Shown: in pieces, positions 35,276-45,011 of the stretch
How the letters are laid out: every line of letters starts with the position of its first letter
Position numbering within the stretch: position 1 is the stretch's first letter
Source of the DNA: an uncultured Clostridia bacterium
GTDB taxonomy: Bacteria > Bacillota > Clostridia > Oscillospirales > Oscillospiraceae
NCBI GenBank assembly: GCA_947177115.1
Contig: CAMWTG010000001.1
Location: forward strand, 1-46,386
Reading direction: 5' to 3'
Length of the DNA stretch: 46,386 nt
Position numbers and translations under genes: made by a program
The notes under the pieces: generated by a model
What the model was told of the DNA's origin: nothing
The model's input: only the letters and a program-made list of their open reading frames with translations
Databases searched by the model: none

Positions 35276-35806
35276 AATCTTGTTTTAGCATTTCGCCTCG
35301 CCGGCGCGGGGGCGTTCTTTTCCCTTGTAGGAAAAGAACCAAAAGCACCCTCAAGGGACTGAAAGTCCCTTGAGAATCCCTGGCATGTGTTTTTTATTTA
35401 CGCTACGACCTGGCTGGTTTGTTCTGATGGCGGTGCGCACCCAGATGCGCCGGACTTCTGCGGCTACCCACGGGTCCTATCGGAAGTCCCTGCCGCTGCG
35501 CCGGAGGTGCGGCTGCCCGTTAACCGGTAATCTGGTTCAGCGGCCCCCCTTGCAGGGCAGTCTCTCTTTAACAGGGTGTCAGCCGGAGTCCTTCAAGTAC
35601 CAAGCCACCAGAAGAAGAACCCTTCATTCGGCGGCTTCGCCTATCCAAGCCACCACCGCACTGCGTAAACACCCCCGTATAGGGCGAAGGCGCGCATGCG
35701 CCTGCCCGTCAAGGGATTCTTAAACCGTAGGTTTAAGTGACTTTTTGCCTACTTTTTGTTCACACAAAAAGTAGGCGCGGAGTCCGGGGCCGCGCAGGTC
35801 CCGGGC
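35276..35806. repeat. Structured inverted-repeat element, locus 2
   Basis: Left arm 35276 to ~35420 and right arm ~35700-35806 belong to the same family as 21710-22427. They have the same two hairpins per arm but different, mutually compensating stem sequences. Confidence 0.8.
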
Positions 35807-35868
35807 CGGTATGAGAACAATTCACCCCTTGCCGCACCGGAGGCGCGGCAAAGAAAGAGGCATCAACT

Positions 35869-38334
35869 ATGAAACTCTCTTTTTCTATAAAGTATTGGAC
35901 CCAAATGGACTGGCCGGCGGCCTGTCAGGCCGCCTCCGATGCCAAGCTCAATGGTCTGGAGATCGACAGTATAAGAAATCCCCTTCTGACCGTTAGAAAC
36001 AGCCCCACCAACCCGGAAATGGCCGTTGCGGCCCGCCGCCGGCTGGCGGCGGCGGACCTGACCATCCCCTGTGTGGGGACCTCCGCCGATTTGACGGCCC
36101 CGGAGGCCGGGGATGAGATCCCCGCCGCCATTGAGGCGGCGGCTAACCTCCTGGTCCCCTATGTGGTCCTCCACACTGTCTGCGAGGACGAAAAAACCGT
36201 GATTGACGCGCTGGTTCCTTTTATCGCCGGGGCAGAAGCAAATAACGTGACCCTCCTGCTGGAAAGCACAGGGGCCATGGCCGGCACGAAACGATTAGTG
36301 GGCGTTTTGGACCACTTTGCCTGCGACCACCTGGCTGCCTGCTGGAACGCCCACAGCACCTGCCTGATGCAGAAGGAATCTCCGGAGCAGACCATTACCA
36401 ACCTGGGGGCCTATGTCCGCCATGTGCGTCTTACGGACGGCGCGGCCACCGGCGCTCCGGAGCTCACCGGCGAGGGCGCCATGCCTATGCGGGAGCTGAT
36501 GAACGCCCTGCGCAGCGTCAACTACGATGGTTTTATTTCCCTCCTCTGGGATCCCGCCTGGGTGGAGGGCTTGGACGATGCGGAGATGATCCTGACCCAC
36601 TACGCCGTCTATATGTCCCGCTTTGAACGGGAAGGCCGGAAGAGCCATCTCTATTACAACACTGCCGGCACCGGACAGTACGTGTGGAAGAAGGACATTG
36701 TCATTGACTGTACCTTCCCCCAGGTCCTGGACCGGATGGTGGAGGAGTTTCCGGACCAATACGCCTTTAAATACACCACCCTGGACTATACCCGGACCTA
36801 CAGCCAGTTCCGGGATGATGTGGACCAGTTTGCCCGGTCCCTTATCGCGCTTGGCGTCAAGCCCGGCGACAAGGTGGCCGTCTGGGCCACCAACGTGCCC
36901 GCCTGGTTCATTACCTTCTGGGCCGCTACCAAGATCGGCGCGGTGCTGGTGACGGTGAACACTGCCTATAAGATCCACGAGGCGGAATATCTGCTGCGCC
37001 AGTCCGATACCCACACCCTGGTGATGATCGACAGCTACCGGGACAGCAATTACGCCGGGATCATCGCCGAGCTGTGCCCTGAGCTGGCCTCCACCCAGCC
37101 CGGCAAACCCCTCCACTGCAAGCGGCTTCCCTTCCTGCGCAATGTGATCACCGTGGGCTACCGGCAGGCCGGGTGCCTGACCTGGGAGGAGGCCGCCGCC
37201 CTGGCGGGGAAGACCTCTCCCCAGGAGGTCCGCCGCCGCGCCGCCGCCGTGCGGCCCCATGATGTAGCCAACATGCAGTATACCTCCGGCACCACCGGGT
37301 TCCCCAAGGGGGTCATGCTGACCCACTATAACGTGGTCAACAACGGCAAGTATATCGGCGACCACATGGATCTCTCCACGGCGGACCGGATGATGATCCA
37401 GGTGCCCATGTTCCACTGCTTCGGCATGGTGCTGTCCATGACGGCCTCCATGACCCATGGGACTACCATGTGTCCTCTGCCCTACTTCTCTCCCAAGCCG
37501 GCCCTGGCCTGCGTCCATCAGGAGCGGATCACCACCTTCAACGGCGTGCCCACCATGTTCATTGCTATGATGAACCATCCGGATTTCGCCTCCACCGACT
37601 TCTCCCATATCCGTACCGGCATCATGGCCGGGGCCAACTGTCCGCCGGAGCTGATGCGGAAGGCGGCGGATGTGATGAATATGAAGCAGATCATCTCCGT
37701 ATTTGGTCAGACGGAGGCGTCCCCCGGCTGCACCATGAGCAGCTTTGACGATCCTCTGGATGTCCGCACGGAGACGGTGGGCAGCCGCTTTGCCAACGTG
37801 GAGTGCAAGATCATCGACCCGGACACCGGGGAGGAGTGCCCTCGGGGGGTCAGCGGCGAGTTTGTGGCCCGGGGCTATAACATCATGAAGGGCTACTACA
37901 AGATGCCCGCCGCTACCGCCGCCGCTATTGATGCGGAGGGCTGGCTTCACAGTGGAGATCTGTGCTGTGAGGATGAAAACGGCAACTTCAAGGTCACAGG
38001 CCGTTTGAAAGATATGATTATCCGGGGCGGCGAGAACATTTATCCCCGGGAGATCGAGGAGTTTCTGTACACCCACCCCAAGGTGAAGGATGTCCAGGTC
38101 ATTGGCGTCCCCGATGAGCAGTACGGGGAGGAGATCATGGCCTGCATCATCCTCAAGGAGGGGGAGACTTCTTCCGTGGAGGAGATCAAGGCGTTCGTTC
38201 TTTCCCACATGGCCAAGCATAAGGTGCCCCGGTATATCGACTTTGTGGATGCATTCCCCATGAACGCGGCAGGGAAGATCCTCAAATATAAGATGCGGGA
38301 AGAGGCGGAGAAGAAACTGGGTTTATCAAAATAA
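35869..38334 (+). CDS. Fusion protein: xylose-isomerase-like TIM barrel (sugar-phosphate isomerase/epimerase family) plus AMP-dependent acyl-CoA synthetase/ligase
   Basis: 821 aa. The N-terminal ~260 aa carry TIM-barrel landmarks (LLLESTG, HVRLTD, YDGFISLLWDP). The C-terminal ~550 aa carry adenylation motifs (MQYTSGTTGFPKGVMLTH, GEFVARGYNIMKGYY, SGDL, IIRGGENIYP, GKILK). Confidence 0.85.
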   Translation: MKLSFSIKYWTQMDWPAACQAASDAKLNGLEIDSIRNPLLTVRNSPTNPEMAVAARRRLAAADLTIPCVGTSADLTAPEAGDEIPAAIEAAANLLVPYVVLHTVCEDEKTVIDALVPFIAGAEANNVTLLLESTGAMAGTKRLVGVLDHFACDHLAACWNAHSTCLMQKESPEQTITNLGAYVRHVRLTDGAATGAPELTGEGAMPMRELMNALRSVNYDGFISLLWDPAWVEGLDDAEMILTHYAVYMSRFEREGRKSHLYYNTAGTGQYVWKKDIVIDCTFPQVLDRMVEEFPDQYAFKYTTLDYTRTYSQFRDDVDQFARSLIALGVKPGDKVAVWATNVPAWFITFWAATKIGAVLVTVNTAYKIHEAEYLLRQSDTHTLVMIDSYRDSNYAGIIAELCPELASTQPGKPLHCKRLPFLRNVITVGYRQAGCLTWEEAAALAGKTSPQEVRRRAAAVRPHDVANMQYTSGTTGFPKGVMLTHYNVVNNGKYIGDHMDLSTADRMMIQVPMFHCFGMVLSMTASMTHGTTMCPLPYFSPKPALACVHQERITTFNGVPTMFIAMMNHPDFASTDFSHIRTGIMAGANCPPELMRKAADVMNMKQIISVFGQTEASPGCTMSSFDDPLDVRTETVGSRFANVECKIIDPDTGEECPRGVSGEFVARGYNIMKGYYKMPAATAAAIDAEGWLHSGDLCCEDENGNFKVTGRLKDMIIRGGENIYPREIEEFLYTHPKVKDVQVIGVPDEQYGEEIMACIILKEGETSSVEEIKAFVLSHMAKHKVPRYIDFVDAFPMNAAGKILKYKMREEAEKKLGLSK

Positions 38335-38341
38335 GCAAGTT

Positions 38342-38375
38342 GGGCCGGGGACATTGCCCCCGGCCCTTCTAGCTG
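38342..38375 (+). terminator. Terminator
   Basis: 9-bp GC stem gggccgggg/ccccggccc followed by a T-rich tract (ttctagctgtttatt). Confidence 0.6.
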
Positions 38376-38515
38376 TTTATTAAAAAGTGATAATGCTTTA
38401 TACGATTCCTCGATTAAAAATGCAATAGCGTTATCGGGCAGGAATTTAGGAACAGCAGTGGTTTTAGGCTCGAGGTTAAAGTTCTTTTTGATACTTTTTC
38501 TTTCAAGAAAAAGTA

Positions 38516-39607
38516 TTATACGTTAAACCGGAACAGGATGATATCCCCGTCCTTCACCACGTACTCCTTGCCCTCGGAACGGATCATGCCCTTCTCCTTG
38601 GCCGCCGCCATGGTGCCTACGGCCATCAGATCGTCATAGGCAATGACCTCCGCCCGGATAAAGCCACGCTCGAAGTCGGAGTGGATCTTGCCCGCCGCCT
38701 GGGGGGCCTTGGTGCCCCGGGTGATGGTCCAGGCCCGGCACTCATCCTCGCCGCTGGTGAGGTAGGAGATAAGGCCCAGCAGGGTATAGCTGGCCTTTAC
38801 CAGCCGGTCCAGGCCGCTCTCGCTGACCCCCAGATCCTCCAGGAACATAGCCTTCTCCTCGCCGTCCAGCTCGGCGATCTCCGCCTCCAGCTTGGCGCAC
38901 ACGGGGATCACCTGCGCTCCCTCATTGGCGGCCCGCTCCGCTACCTGCCGGTAGTAAGCCGTCTCCTCCGGATGGGCAAAGCCGTCCTCGTCCAGGTTGG
39001 CGGCGTAGATCACCGGCTTGAGGGTCAGCAGGTCGCTGGTGGCGATCACGGCCCTGGTATCCTCATCGCAGTCATAGCTCCGGGCGGCGTTGCCATCGTT
39101 GAGCCAGGCCAGCAGGCCCTGGAAGATATCAACCTCTTTGAGAAACTTCTTGTCGCCCTTGGCGGCCTTCTGGGCCTTGTCGATCCGCCGCTCCACCATT
39201 TCCACATCGGCCATGACCAGCTCCAGGTCGATGATCTCAATGTCCCGGATGGGGTCCGCGCCGCCCTCCACATGGATGACGTTCTCATCGTCAAAGCAGC
39301 GGACCACATGGACGATGGCGTCCGTCATGCGGATGTTGGAGAGGAACTTGTTGCCCAGGCCCTCGCCCTTGGACGCGCCCTTGACCAGTCCTGCAATGTC
39401 CACGAACTCAATGACGGCGGGGGTGGTTTTCTTGGGATTGTACATCTCGCTGAGCTTGTCCAGTCGGGTGTCCGGCACGGCTACCATGCCCACGTTGGGG
39501 TCAATGGTGCAGAAGGGGTAGTTGGCGCTCTCCGCGCCGGCGTTGGTGATAGCGTTGAACAGGGTCGATTTACCTACGTTGGGCAAACCCACGATTCCTA
39601 ATTTCAT
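38516..39607 (-). CDS. ychF: Redox-regulated ribosome-binding ATPase YchF
   Basis: MKLGIVGLPNVGKSTLFNAIT plus a C-terminal TGS-like domain. The ATG at 39607 has SD AGGAGG; the track extension is rejected. Confidence 0.95.
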   Translation of the reverse strand: MKLGIVGLPNVGKSTLFNAITNAGAESANYPFCTIDPNVGMVAVPDTRLDKLSEMYNPKKTTPAVIEFVDIAGLVKGASKGEGLGNKFLSNIRMTDAIVHVVRCFDDENVIHVEGGADPIRDIEIIDLELVMADVEMVERRIDKAQKAAKGDKKFLKEVDIFQGLLAWLNDGNAARSYDCDEDTRAVIATSDLLTLKPVIYAANLDEDGFAHPEETAYYRQVAERAANEGAQVIPVCAKLEAEIAELDGEEKAMFLEDLGVSESGLDRLVKASYTLLGLISYLTSGEDECRAWTITRGTKAPQAAGKIHSDFERGFIRAEVIAYDDLMAVGTMAAAKEKGMIRSEGKEYVVKDGDIILFRFNV

Positions 39608-39999
39608 AGTTTTCTGTACCTCCTGATTTTTCAAGGGTTTCCGGCGTTTGAATGATGCTTGCCACACCATTTATACACCATTTTGCCGTCTTACTTCATA
39701 GAGTTATGCCTGCCCGGCGATTCGGGTAAAAAGCGCCAATGCAACAGGCTTATTCTATCCTTTTTTTGCAGTGTATGCGGCCAGGGCTCTATTGAACATG
39801 GGGATAGATCTGGTTCAAATCCTCCCCTGCAAAAGGCGATGTTCAGCTCTGTCCGGCTCCTGCCGGTGTTGGCCGCGGAAAACGATCTGTTGCTGTGCCG
39901 GAGATCGTGCCCCCATGGAGACCGCCGCCTTTCTTCCGCTGCGCTGCTATATCCCATGTTACCATACCCGGCCGGTCGATGCAACCTCTTTGTTGCTTT

Positions 40000-40070
40000 C
40001 CCCACGGAAATCAATTTTTGAGGCAGACAGCCACTGGAATGGCAGGATCCGTGTAGGGGCGATTGAGGGG
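40000..40070. repeat. Degenerate member of the ggaaatcaatttt...gtagggg repeat family
   Basis: ccccacggaaatcaatttttgagg...gtgtaggggcgattgagggg resembles 33296-33345 (gggacagggaaatcaattttcagg...tgtagggcc). Confidence 0.5.
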
Positions 40071-40253
40071 ATTGTCAGGCTAAAAATGGATTTCCCTGGA
40101 CATCAAGCGCAATACCTTGACGCAAGATAGGATCTGTGGTATATATTGAACACGGAACAACGCCGGTTCCAAAAAAATGATACGCCACGGAAAACATAGC
40201 CATGATAAAAATTGGGGCGTAAAATTACCCCGCGATCTCTGAAGGAGGCGGCC

Positions 40254-40289
40254 ATGAAAAGATTAAAGCGGAGCAATGAACAGCCGTGA
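40254..40289 (+). CDS. 11-codon upstream ORF (MKRLKRSNEQP) overlapping the start of the next gene
   Basis: The only strong SD in the region (GAAGGAGG, 5-6 nt spacing) serves this ATG. Its TGA (40287-40289) overlaps the GTG start at 40286 (GTGA). Confidence 0.3.
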   Translation: MKRLKRSNEQP

Positions 40290-40969
40290 AACGTTTTGAT
40301 ATCCTGGATGCTTGGCGCACCCTGGCCATTGTGCTGATGGCAGCCTATCACTTTCTATACGATCTGTATATTTTTGGCATTATATCCGCAAATCAACTGT
40401 TTTCCACACCGCTGAATGTTTTGGAGCGGTTTATCTGCTGCTCATTTATCCTACTGGCCGGGGCCTCCGCACGGTTCTCACGAAACAATCTGCGCCATGG
40501 GCTGATTGTCCTGGCGGCGGGGCTTGTAGTGGAGATCGGGGCCGCTGTAGGCGGACAGACCATCCGCTGGGGCGTGCTGATGCTGCTGGGGGCATCGATG
40601 GTGCTGTATCATTTCCTGGGAAAAGATCTGCAAAGGATCCCGCCCGCCGTTTTGGGCTGCGGCGGCTTTGTACTGTTTTTCGCAGCAAGGGCGTGGACGG
40701 AAGTCACACAGGTATCCGCGAAATGGTTATACCCGCTGGGCTTCACCTACCCGGGGTTCCGTAGCGCGGATTATTTTCCGCTGCTGCCCTGGTTTTTTCT
40801 GTTCCTTCTGGGGACTGTGCTGGGCGGGTGGTGCCTGGCGAACCGGGACAACCCCCTGCTCACCAAGCCCCTGCCGAAAGCTTTGACCTGGCCGGGGCGG
40901 CACAGCCTCATTATTTACGTCCTGCACCAGCCGGTGCTGTACGGCATCAGCTATCTTATTTGGGGGTGA
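40286..40969 (+). CDS. DUF1624-family integral membrane (acyltransferase-like) protein
   Basis: 227 aa, multi-TM. N-terminus KRFDILDAWRTLAIVLMAAYHF is typical of the heparan-alpha-glucosaminide N-acetyltransferase-like family. GTG start. Confidence 0.7.
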   Translation: MKRFDILDAWRTLAIVLMAAYHFLYDLYIFGIISANQLFSTPLNVLERFICCSFILLAGASARFSRNNLRHGLIVLAAGLVVEIGAAVGGQTIRWGVLMLLGASMVLYHFLGKDLQRIPPAVLGCGGFVLFFAARAWTEVTQVSAKWLYPLGFTYPGFRSADYFPLLPWFFLFLLGTVLGGWCLANRDNPLLTKPLPKALTWPGRHSLIIYVLHQPVLYGISYLIWG

Positions 40970-41457
40970 ACGCATTGCATGTCAACAGTACCTTAATCTA
41001 CCTGGAAAACGAAAAAGGGGAGTACCTGATGCTCCACCGGGTGAAGAAGAAAAATGACATCAACCATGATAAGTGGATCGGCGTAGGCGGCGGTTTTGAG
41101 TACGGAGAAAGCCCGGAGGAGTGCGCCGTCCGTGAAACCTTGGAAGAAACGGGCCTGACCCTGACGGATTACCGCTTCCGGGGCATTGTCACCTTTGACT
41201 GCGAGGGACAGAAGTGTACCCAATATATGCATTTGTTTACTGCCGCTGCCTGGACAGGAGAGTTGATCGAATGCAGCGAGGGCGATCTGGAGTGGGTGCC
41301 CAAGGAGAAGGTCTATGACCTGCCTATCTGGGAGGGGGACAAGATCTTTTTCCGCCTGCTGGAGGAGGAGCGGCCGTTTTTCTCCCTGAAACTGAGCTAT
41401 GACGCGAAAGACGTCCTGCTCCGGGCCGTTTTGGATGGAAAGGAACTGCCGCTGTGA
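40966..41457 (+). CDS. NUDIX hydrolase (MutT-like)
   Basis: Nudix box GGGFEYGESPEECAVRETLEETGL. The start is placed at the GTG at 40966 (GTGA overlap with the upstream stop), because the beta strand TLIYLENEKGEYLML precedes the first ATG. The track start at 40828 lies inside the upstream gene. Confidence 0.75.
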   Translation: MNALHVNSTLIYLENEKGEYLMLHRVKKKNDINHDKWIGVGGGFEYGESPEECAVRETLEETGLTLTDYRFRGIVTFDCEGQKCTQYMHLFTAAAWTGELIECSEGDLEWVPKEKVYDLPIWEGDKIFFRLLEEERPFFSLKLSYDAKDVLLRAVLDGKELPL

Positions 41458-41906
41458 GGGAAAAACTGCTGGTTTCCGCCTGCCTACTGGGGGAGAACTG
41501 CAAGTACAACGGCGGGAACAACTACAGCCCCGCCGTGGAGGCCCTGCGGGAGCGGTACGAGCTGATCCCCGTCTGCCCGGAGCAGCTGGGGGGCTTGCCC
41601 ACGCCCCGGATCCCCGCCGAGCGGGTGGGGGAGAAGGTGCTGACCCGGGAGGGCCAGGATGTAACGGAGGCTTTCCGCCAAGGAGCGGAGAAAACCCTGA
41701 CCATCGCCCAAACGGAGGGCGTTGCCAGAGCCGTCTTCCAGGTCCGTAGCCCCTCCTGCGGCTGCGGTACGATCTACGATGGCATGTTCTCCGGCAAGTT
41801 GGTCCCCGGAAAGGGCGTGACGGCCCAGTTGCTGGAAGAGAGCGGAATCAAAATATACGGCGGGGACCACATAGAGGCTCTGCTGGATGAAATAGGAGGG
41901 AAATAG
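41454..41906 (+). CDS. DUF523-family protein (TudS-like 2-thiouracil desulfurase family)
   Basis: LLVSACLLGENCKYNGG...PVCPEQLGGLPTPR. GTG start with a GTGA overlap onto the NUDIX stop. Confidence 0.75.
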   Translation: MREKLLVSACLLGENCKYNGGNNYSPAVEALRERYELIPVCPEQLGGLPTPRIPAERVGEKVLTREGQDVTEAFRQGAEKTLTIAQTEGVARAVFQVRSPSCGCGTIYDGMFSGKLVPGKGVTAQLLEESGIKIYGGDHIEALLDEIGGK

Positions 41907-41907
41907 A

Positions 41908-42265
41908 ATGGGCTTTTTCTTTGGTAGTGGACTTGAGGTCATATTTTTTCTGTTTTTTCTGATATTAGGAATCGTTATCTTCACTAGCGCCTAAGGGTAT
42001 CGGACAGTGGCACAAGAACAACAACTCGCCCCGGCTGACAGTACAGGCTGCGGTGGTGTCAAAACGGAGCGAGGTCAGCCGCCGCCATAATGCCGGTACG
42101 CACACCTCCCACACCTCCACCTCCTACTACGTCACCTTCCAGGTAGCCAGCGGGGACCGGATGGAGCTGCCTGTCAGCGGAAGCGAGTACGGGATGCTGG
42201 CGGAGGGGGACTATGGGGACCTGACCTTCCAGGGGACCCGGTATCTGAGGTTTGAGAGAAAATAG
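41908..42265 (+). pseudogene. DUF2500-family protein split by a frameshift
   Basis: The TM segment MGFFFGSGLEVIFFLFFLILGIVIFTSA-stop (41908-41994) is in one frame. The rest, ...KGIGQWHKNNNSPRLTVQAAVVSKRSEV...YYVTFQVASGDRMELPVSGSEYGMLAEGDYGDLTFQGTRYLRFERK, is open from 41969 in another frame. Confidence 0.6.
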
Positions 42266-42269
42266 AGAC

Positions 42270-42306
42270 CGGCAGGCGCCGCGGCAGATTGCCGCGGCGC
42301 CTGCCG
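42270..42306. terminator. Bidirectional terminator-like hairpin between convergent genes
   Basis: Perfect 16-bp GC-rich stem cggcaggcgccgcggc/gccgcggcgcctgccg with a 5-nt loop. Confidence 0.6.
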
Positions 42307-42328
42307 CTTCTGTGATGGAATATACAGC

Positions 42329-43408
42329 TTATTTCCGAACCAGATATTTCCGCATATCCAGCGCTACGGCGGCCAAAATAATGCCGCCCTTAATGATAAA
42401 CTGCAGGTTGGGGTCGATGCCCAGCATATTCAGCGCCACGAAGATGATGCGCAGCACGAATACGCCCAGAACGATGCCGCTGATCTTGCCGGTACCGCCA
42501 ACGAAGGAAACGCCGCCGATGACGCAGGCCGCAATGGCATCGCACTCGTTATTCAGACCGGTCGCCGCCGTGATGGAGCCCAGACGCGCCGCCTCCACAT
42601 AGCCCGCGAAGCCGTACATGGCGCCGGCCAGGGTGTGGACGAGGACGGTGGTCATGAAAACGTTGACGCCGGAAACCTTGGCCGCCTCGGCATTGGAGCC
42701 AACGGCAAACATATTCTTGCCGAAGGTGGTCTTGTTCCAGATAAACCACATCACCACCACCAGAATAAAGGCGTAAATGACATACCAGGGGATGGAGACG
42801 TTCCACGCCGCGATCTTGAAGGCCGGGCCGGAAACGGCATCCTTGAACTCCTGGGCCACGTTGCTGATGGGGCCGCCGCCGTTTCCGTTGATCTGGAAGA
42901 ACATCAGGATGATGCCGTATGTAATCAGCTGGGTCGCCAGGGTGACAATAAAGGGGTGCAGGCTGAACTTGGCAACGAAGAAGCCGTTGACCAGGCCAAT
43001 CACCGCACCGACCAGCATGACGATCAGCAGCACCCCAATGATCCAGGCGCCGCTGGTCCGGGGCAGGTTTTCAAACAGCAGCTTGCTGGCGGCGCGGTTT
43101 TGCAGCAGCGCCGCCGCCATGGCCGCCGTCAGGCCGAACACACGGCCGCCGGACAGGTCGGTACCGGTGAGGACGATACATCCGCCGATACCCAGGGCCA
43201 TGGGCAGCGAGGCCGCCGCCAGCGTGATGATATTGGCGATGGAGCTGGGACTGACAAAGTTTTTATTGACGATAGCCGTGAAAATGATGAAGGCGGCCAT
43301 CAGGATGTAAAGCGCGTTGTTCAGCAGGCCGTCTGTCCAGAACCGGCGGCGGTCGATGCTGTCAAGTGCGCGGTATTCCTCCGCTTTTCTGTTAATAAGA
43401 CCCATCAT
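42329..43408 (-). CDS. mglC: Galactose/methyl-galactoside ABC transporter permease
   Basis: Multi-TM, ribose/galactose-type permease. The ATG at 43408 is preceded by GAGGAGGAG; the track's TTG at 43429 lies within that SD. Confidence 0.88.
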   Translation of the reverse strand: MMGLINRKAEEYRALDSIDRRRFWTDGLLNNALYILMAAFIIFTAIVNKNFVSPSSIANIITLAAASLPMALGIGGCIVLTGTDLSGGRVFGLTAAMAAALLQNRAASKLLFENLPRTSGAWIIGVLLIVMLVGAVIGLVNGFFVAKFSLHPFIVTLATQLITYGIILMFFQINGNGGGPISNVAQEFKDAVSGPAFKIAAWNVSIPWYVIYAFILVVVMWFIWNKTTFGKNMFAVGSNAEAAKVSGVNVFMTTVLVHTLAGAMYGFAGYVEAARLGSITAATGLNNECDAIAACVIGGVSFVGGTGKISGIVLGVFVLRIIFVALNMLGIDPNLQFIIKGGIILAAVALDMRKYLVRK

Positions 43409-43425
43409 GTCTGATTCTCTCCTCC

Positions 43426-44925
43426 TCAAACGTATTTGGCTGCCAGCGTCATGATCTCCTCCTGGGTGGTGGTTCCGGCATCCACCTCTCCGGCCAAGCG
43501 GCCGCCGGACATCACGAGGATCCTGTCGCAGATCCCCAGAAGCTCCGGCATCTCAGAGGAGACCACCAGCACCGTCTTGCCCTGATTGGCCAGATCCAGG
43601 ATCAGCTGATAAATTTCGTACTTCGCGCCGACATCGATGCCGCGGGTGGGCTCATCCAGAAGGAGCACCTCCGGCTCGGTCAGCAGCCAGCGGCCGATGA
43701 TGACCTTCTGTTGGTTGCCGCCGGAAAGGCTTCGTATTTTAGTCTCCTGGGACGGCGTCTTGGTGTGCATGGAGTCGATGGACCACTGGGTGTCCTTCTT
43801 CATGGAGGCGCTGTTGAGATAGACGCCGCAGCGCAGATGCTTTTTCAGGCTGGAGATGACCGTGTTTTCCCGGATATCCAGAATGCCGAAAATACCGGTG
43901 GCCCGGCGCTCCTCCGTCAGGAGGGCGAAGCCGTTTTTGATGGACTCCCGCGCGTTGCGGTTCCTGCAAAGTTTCCCGCCCAGAGTAACCGTGCCGGACT
44001 TGCGGGTCGCCACGCCGAAAATGCTCTCCAGCGTCTCCGTACGGCCGCTGCCATCCAGGCCGGCCAGTCCCAGGATCTCGCCGCGATGGGCTTCGAAGGA
44101 GACATCGTGCAGCAGGGAGTACTGGCCGCTCAGATGCTCCACCTTTAGATAGACCTCGCCGGGTTCATTGGTCTTGGGCGGGAACTGATTGGTCAGCTCA
44201 CGCCCCACCATCAGCCGGATGATGTCGTTCATTTCCAGCTCACCGGCAGGCCTGGTAGCCACATGGGTGCCATCACGCATGACCGTGATATAATCTGAAA
44301 TCCGCTTGATCTCCGCCATCTTGTGGGAAATATAGATGATGCCCATGCCCCGGTCCCGGAGCATGTTGATGATCTGGAACAGATGCTCCACTTCTTCCTC
44401 CGTCAGGGAGGAGGTGGGCTCATCGAAGACAATGACCTTTGAGTTGTAGGAGACCGCCTTGGCAATCTCCACCATCTGGCGCTGGGACACCGGCATTGTG
44501 CTCATGACCCGGCGGGGGTCCACGTTGATCTCCAGCTCCCGGAAGACCGCCATGGTATCCTGGTACATCTTTTTCTCATCCACCATCACGCCGCCCTTCA
44601 GCGGATAGCGGCCCAGCCAGATGTTGTCCATCACGGTGCGCTTCAGCGCCTGGTTCAGCTCCTGGTGTACCATAGCAACGCCGTTGTCCAGCGCCTCGCG
44701 GCTGTTCTTGAAATTGACCTCTTTTCCCTCCAGGAGAATGGTCCCGCTGTCCTTGCTGTAAATGCCGAAAAGGCATTTCATCAGCGTGGATTTTCCCGCG
44801 CCGTTTTCGCCCATCAGGGCGTGGACTGTGCCCGCCTGCACCTCAAGGGAGACCCGGTCCAGCGCCTTGACGCCCGGAAAGGTCTTGGTGATGTCCGTCA
44901 TTTTCAGGAGGATATCCTGAGCCAT
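43426..44925 (-). CDS. mglA: Galactose/methyl-galactoside ABC transporter ATP-binding protein (duplicated ABC domains)
   Basis: [57 protein letters not shown] is close to enterobacterial MglA. A second ABC domain carries LSGGNQQK. Confidence 0.92.
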   Translation of the reverse strand: MAQDILLKMTDITKTFPGVKALDRVSLEVQAGTVHALMGENGAGKSTLMKCLFGIYSKDSGTILLEGKEVNFKNSREALDNGVAMVHQELNQALKRTVMDNIWLGRYPLKGGVMVDEKKMYQDTMAVFRELEINVDPRRVMSTMPVSQRQMVEIAKAVSYNSKVIVFDEPTSSLTEEEVEHLFQIINMLRDRGMGIIYISHKMAEIKRISDYITVMRDGTHVATRPAGELEMNDIIRLMVGRELTNQFPPKTNEPGEVYLKVEHLSGQYSLLHDVSFEAHRGEILGLAGLDGSGRTETLESIFGVATRKSGTVTLGGKLCRNRNARESIKNGFALLTEERRATGIFGILDIRENTVISSLKKHLRCGVYLNSASMKKDTQWSIDSMHTKTPSQETKIRSLSGGNQQKVIIGRWLLTEPEVLLLDEPTRGIDVGAKYEIYQLILDLANQGKTVLVVSSEMPELLGICDRILVMSGGRLAGEVDAGTTTQEEIMTLAAKYV

Positions 44926-44962
44926 TATGTTTCCCTCCCATACAATTCATAAAATTTCAAGG

Positions 44963-44992
44963 AAGGGGCAGCTGCTTGAACAGCTGCCCCTT
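44963..44992. terminator. Intercistronic hairpin between mglB and mglA
   Basis: 12-bp stem aaggggcagctg/cagctgcccctt with a 6-nt loop. This position is typical for attenuation or stabilisation after the binding-protein gene. Confidence 0.5.
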
Positions 44993-45011
44993 TTCAGGCT
45001 TTGCGGATAGA

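Noticed and set aside
39812-39823. ggttcaaatcc, a tRNA/tmRNA T-loop-like motif.
   Set aside because: The flanking bases cannot form a T stem (tctgg versus cctcc), and no cloverleaf or tmRNA-like structure is present.
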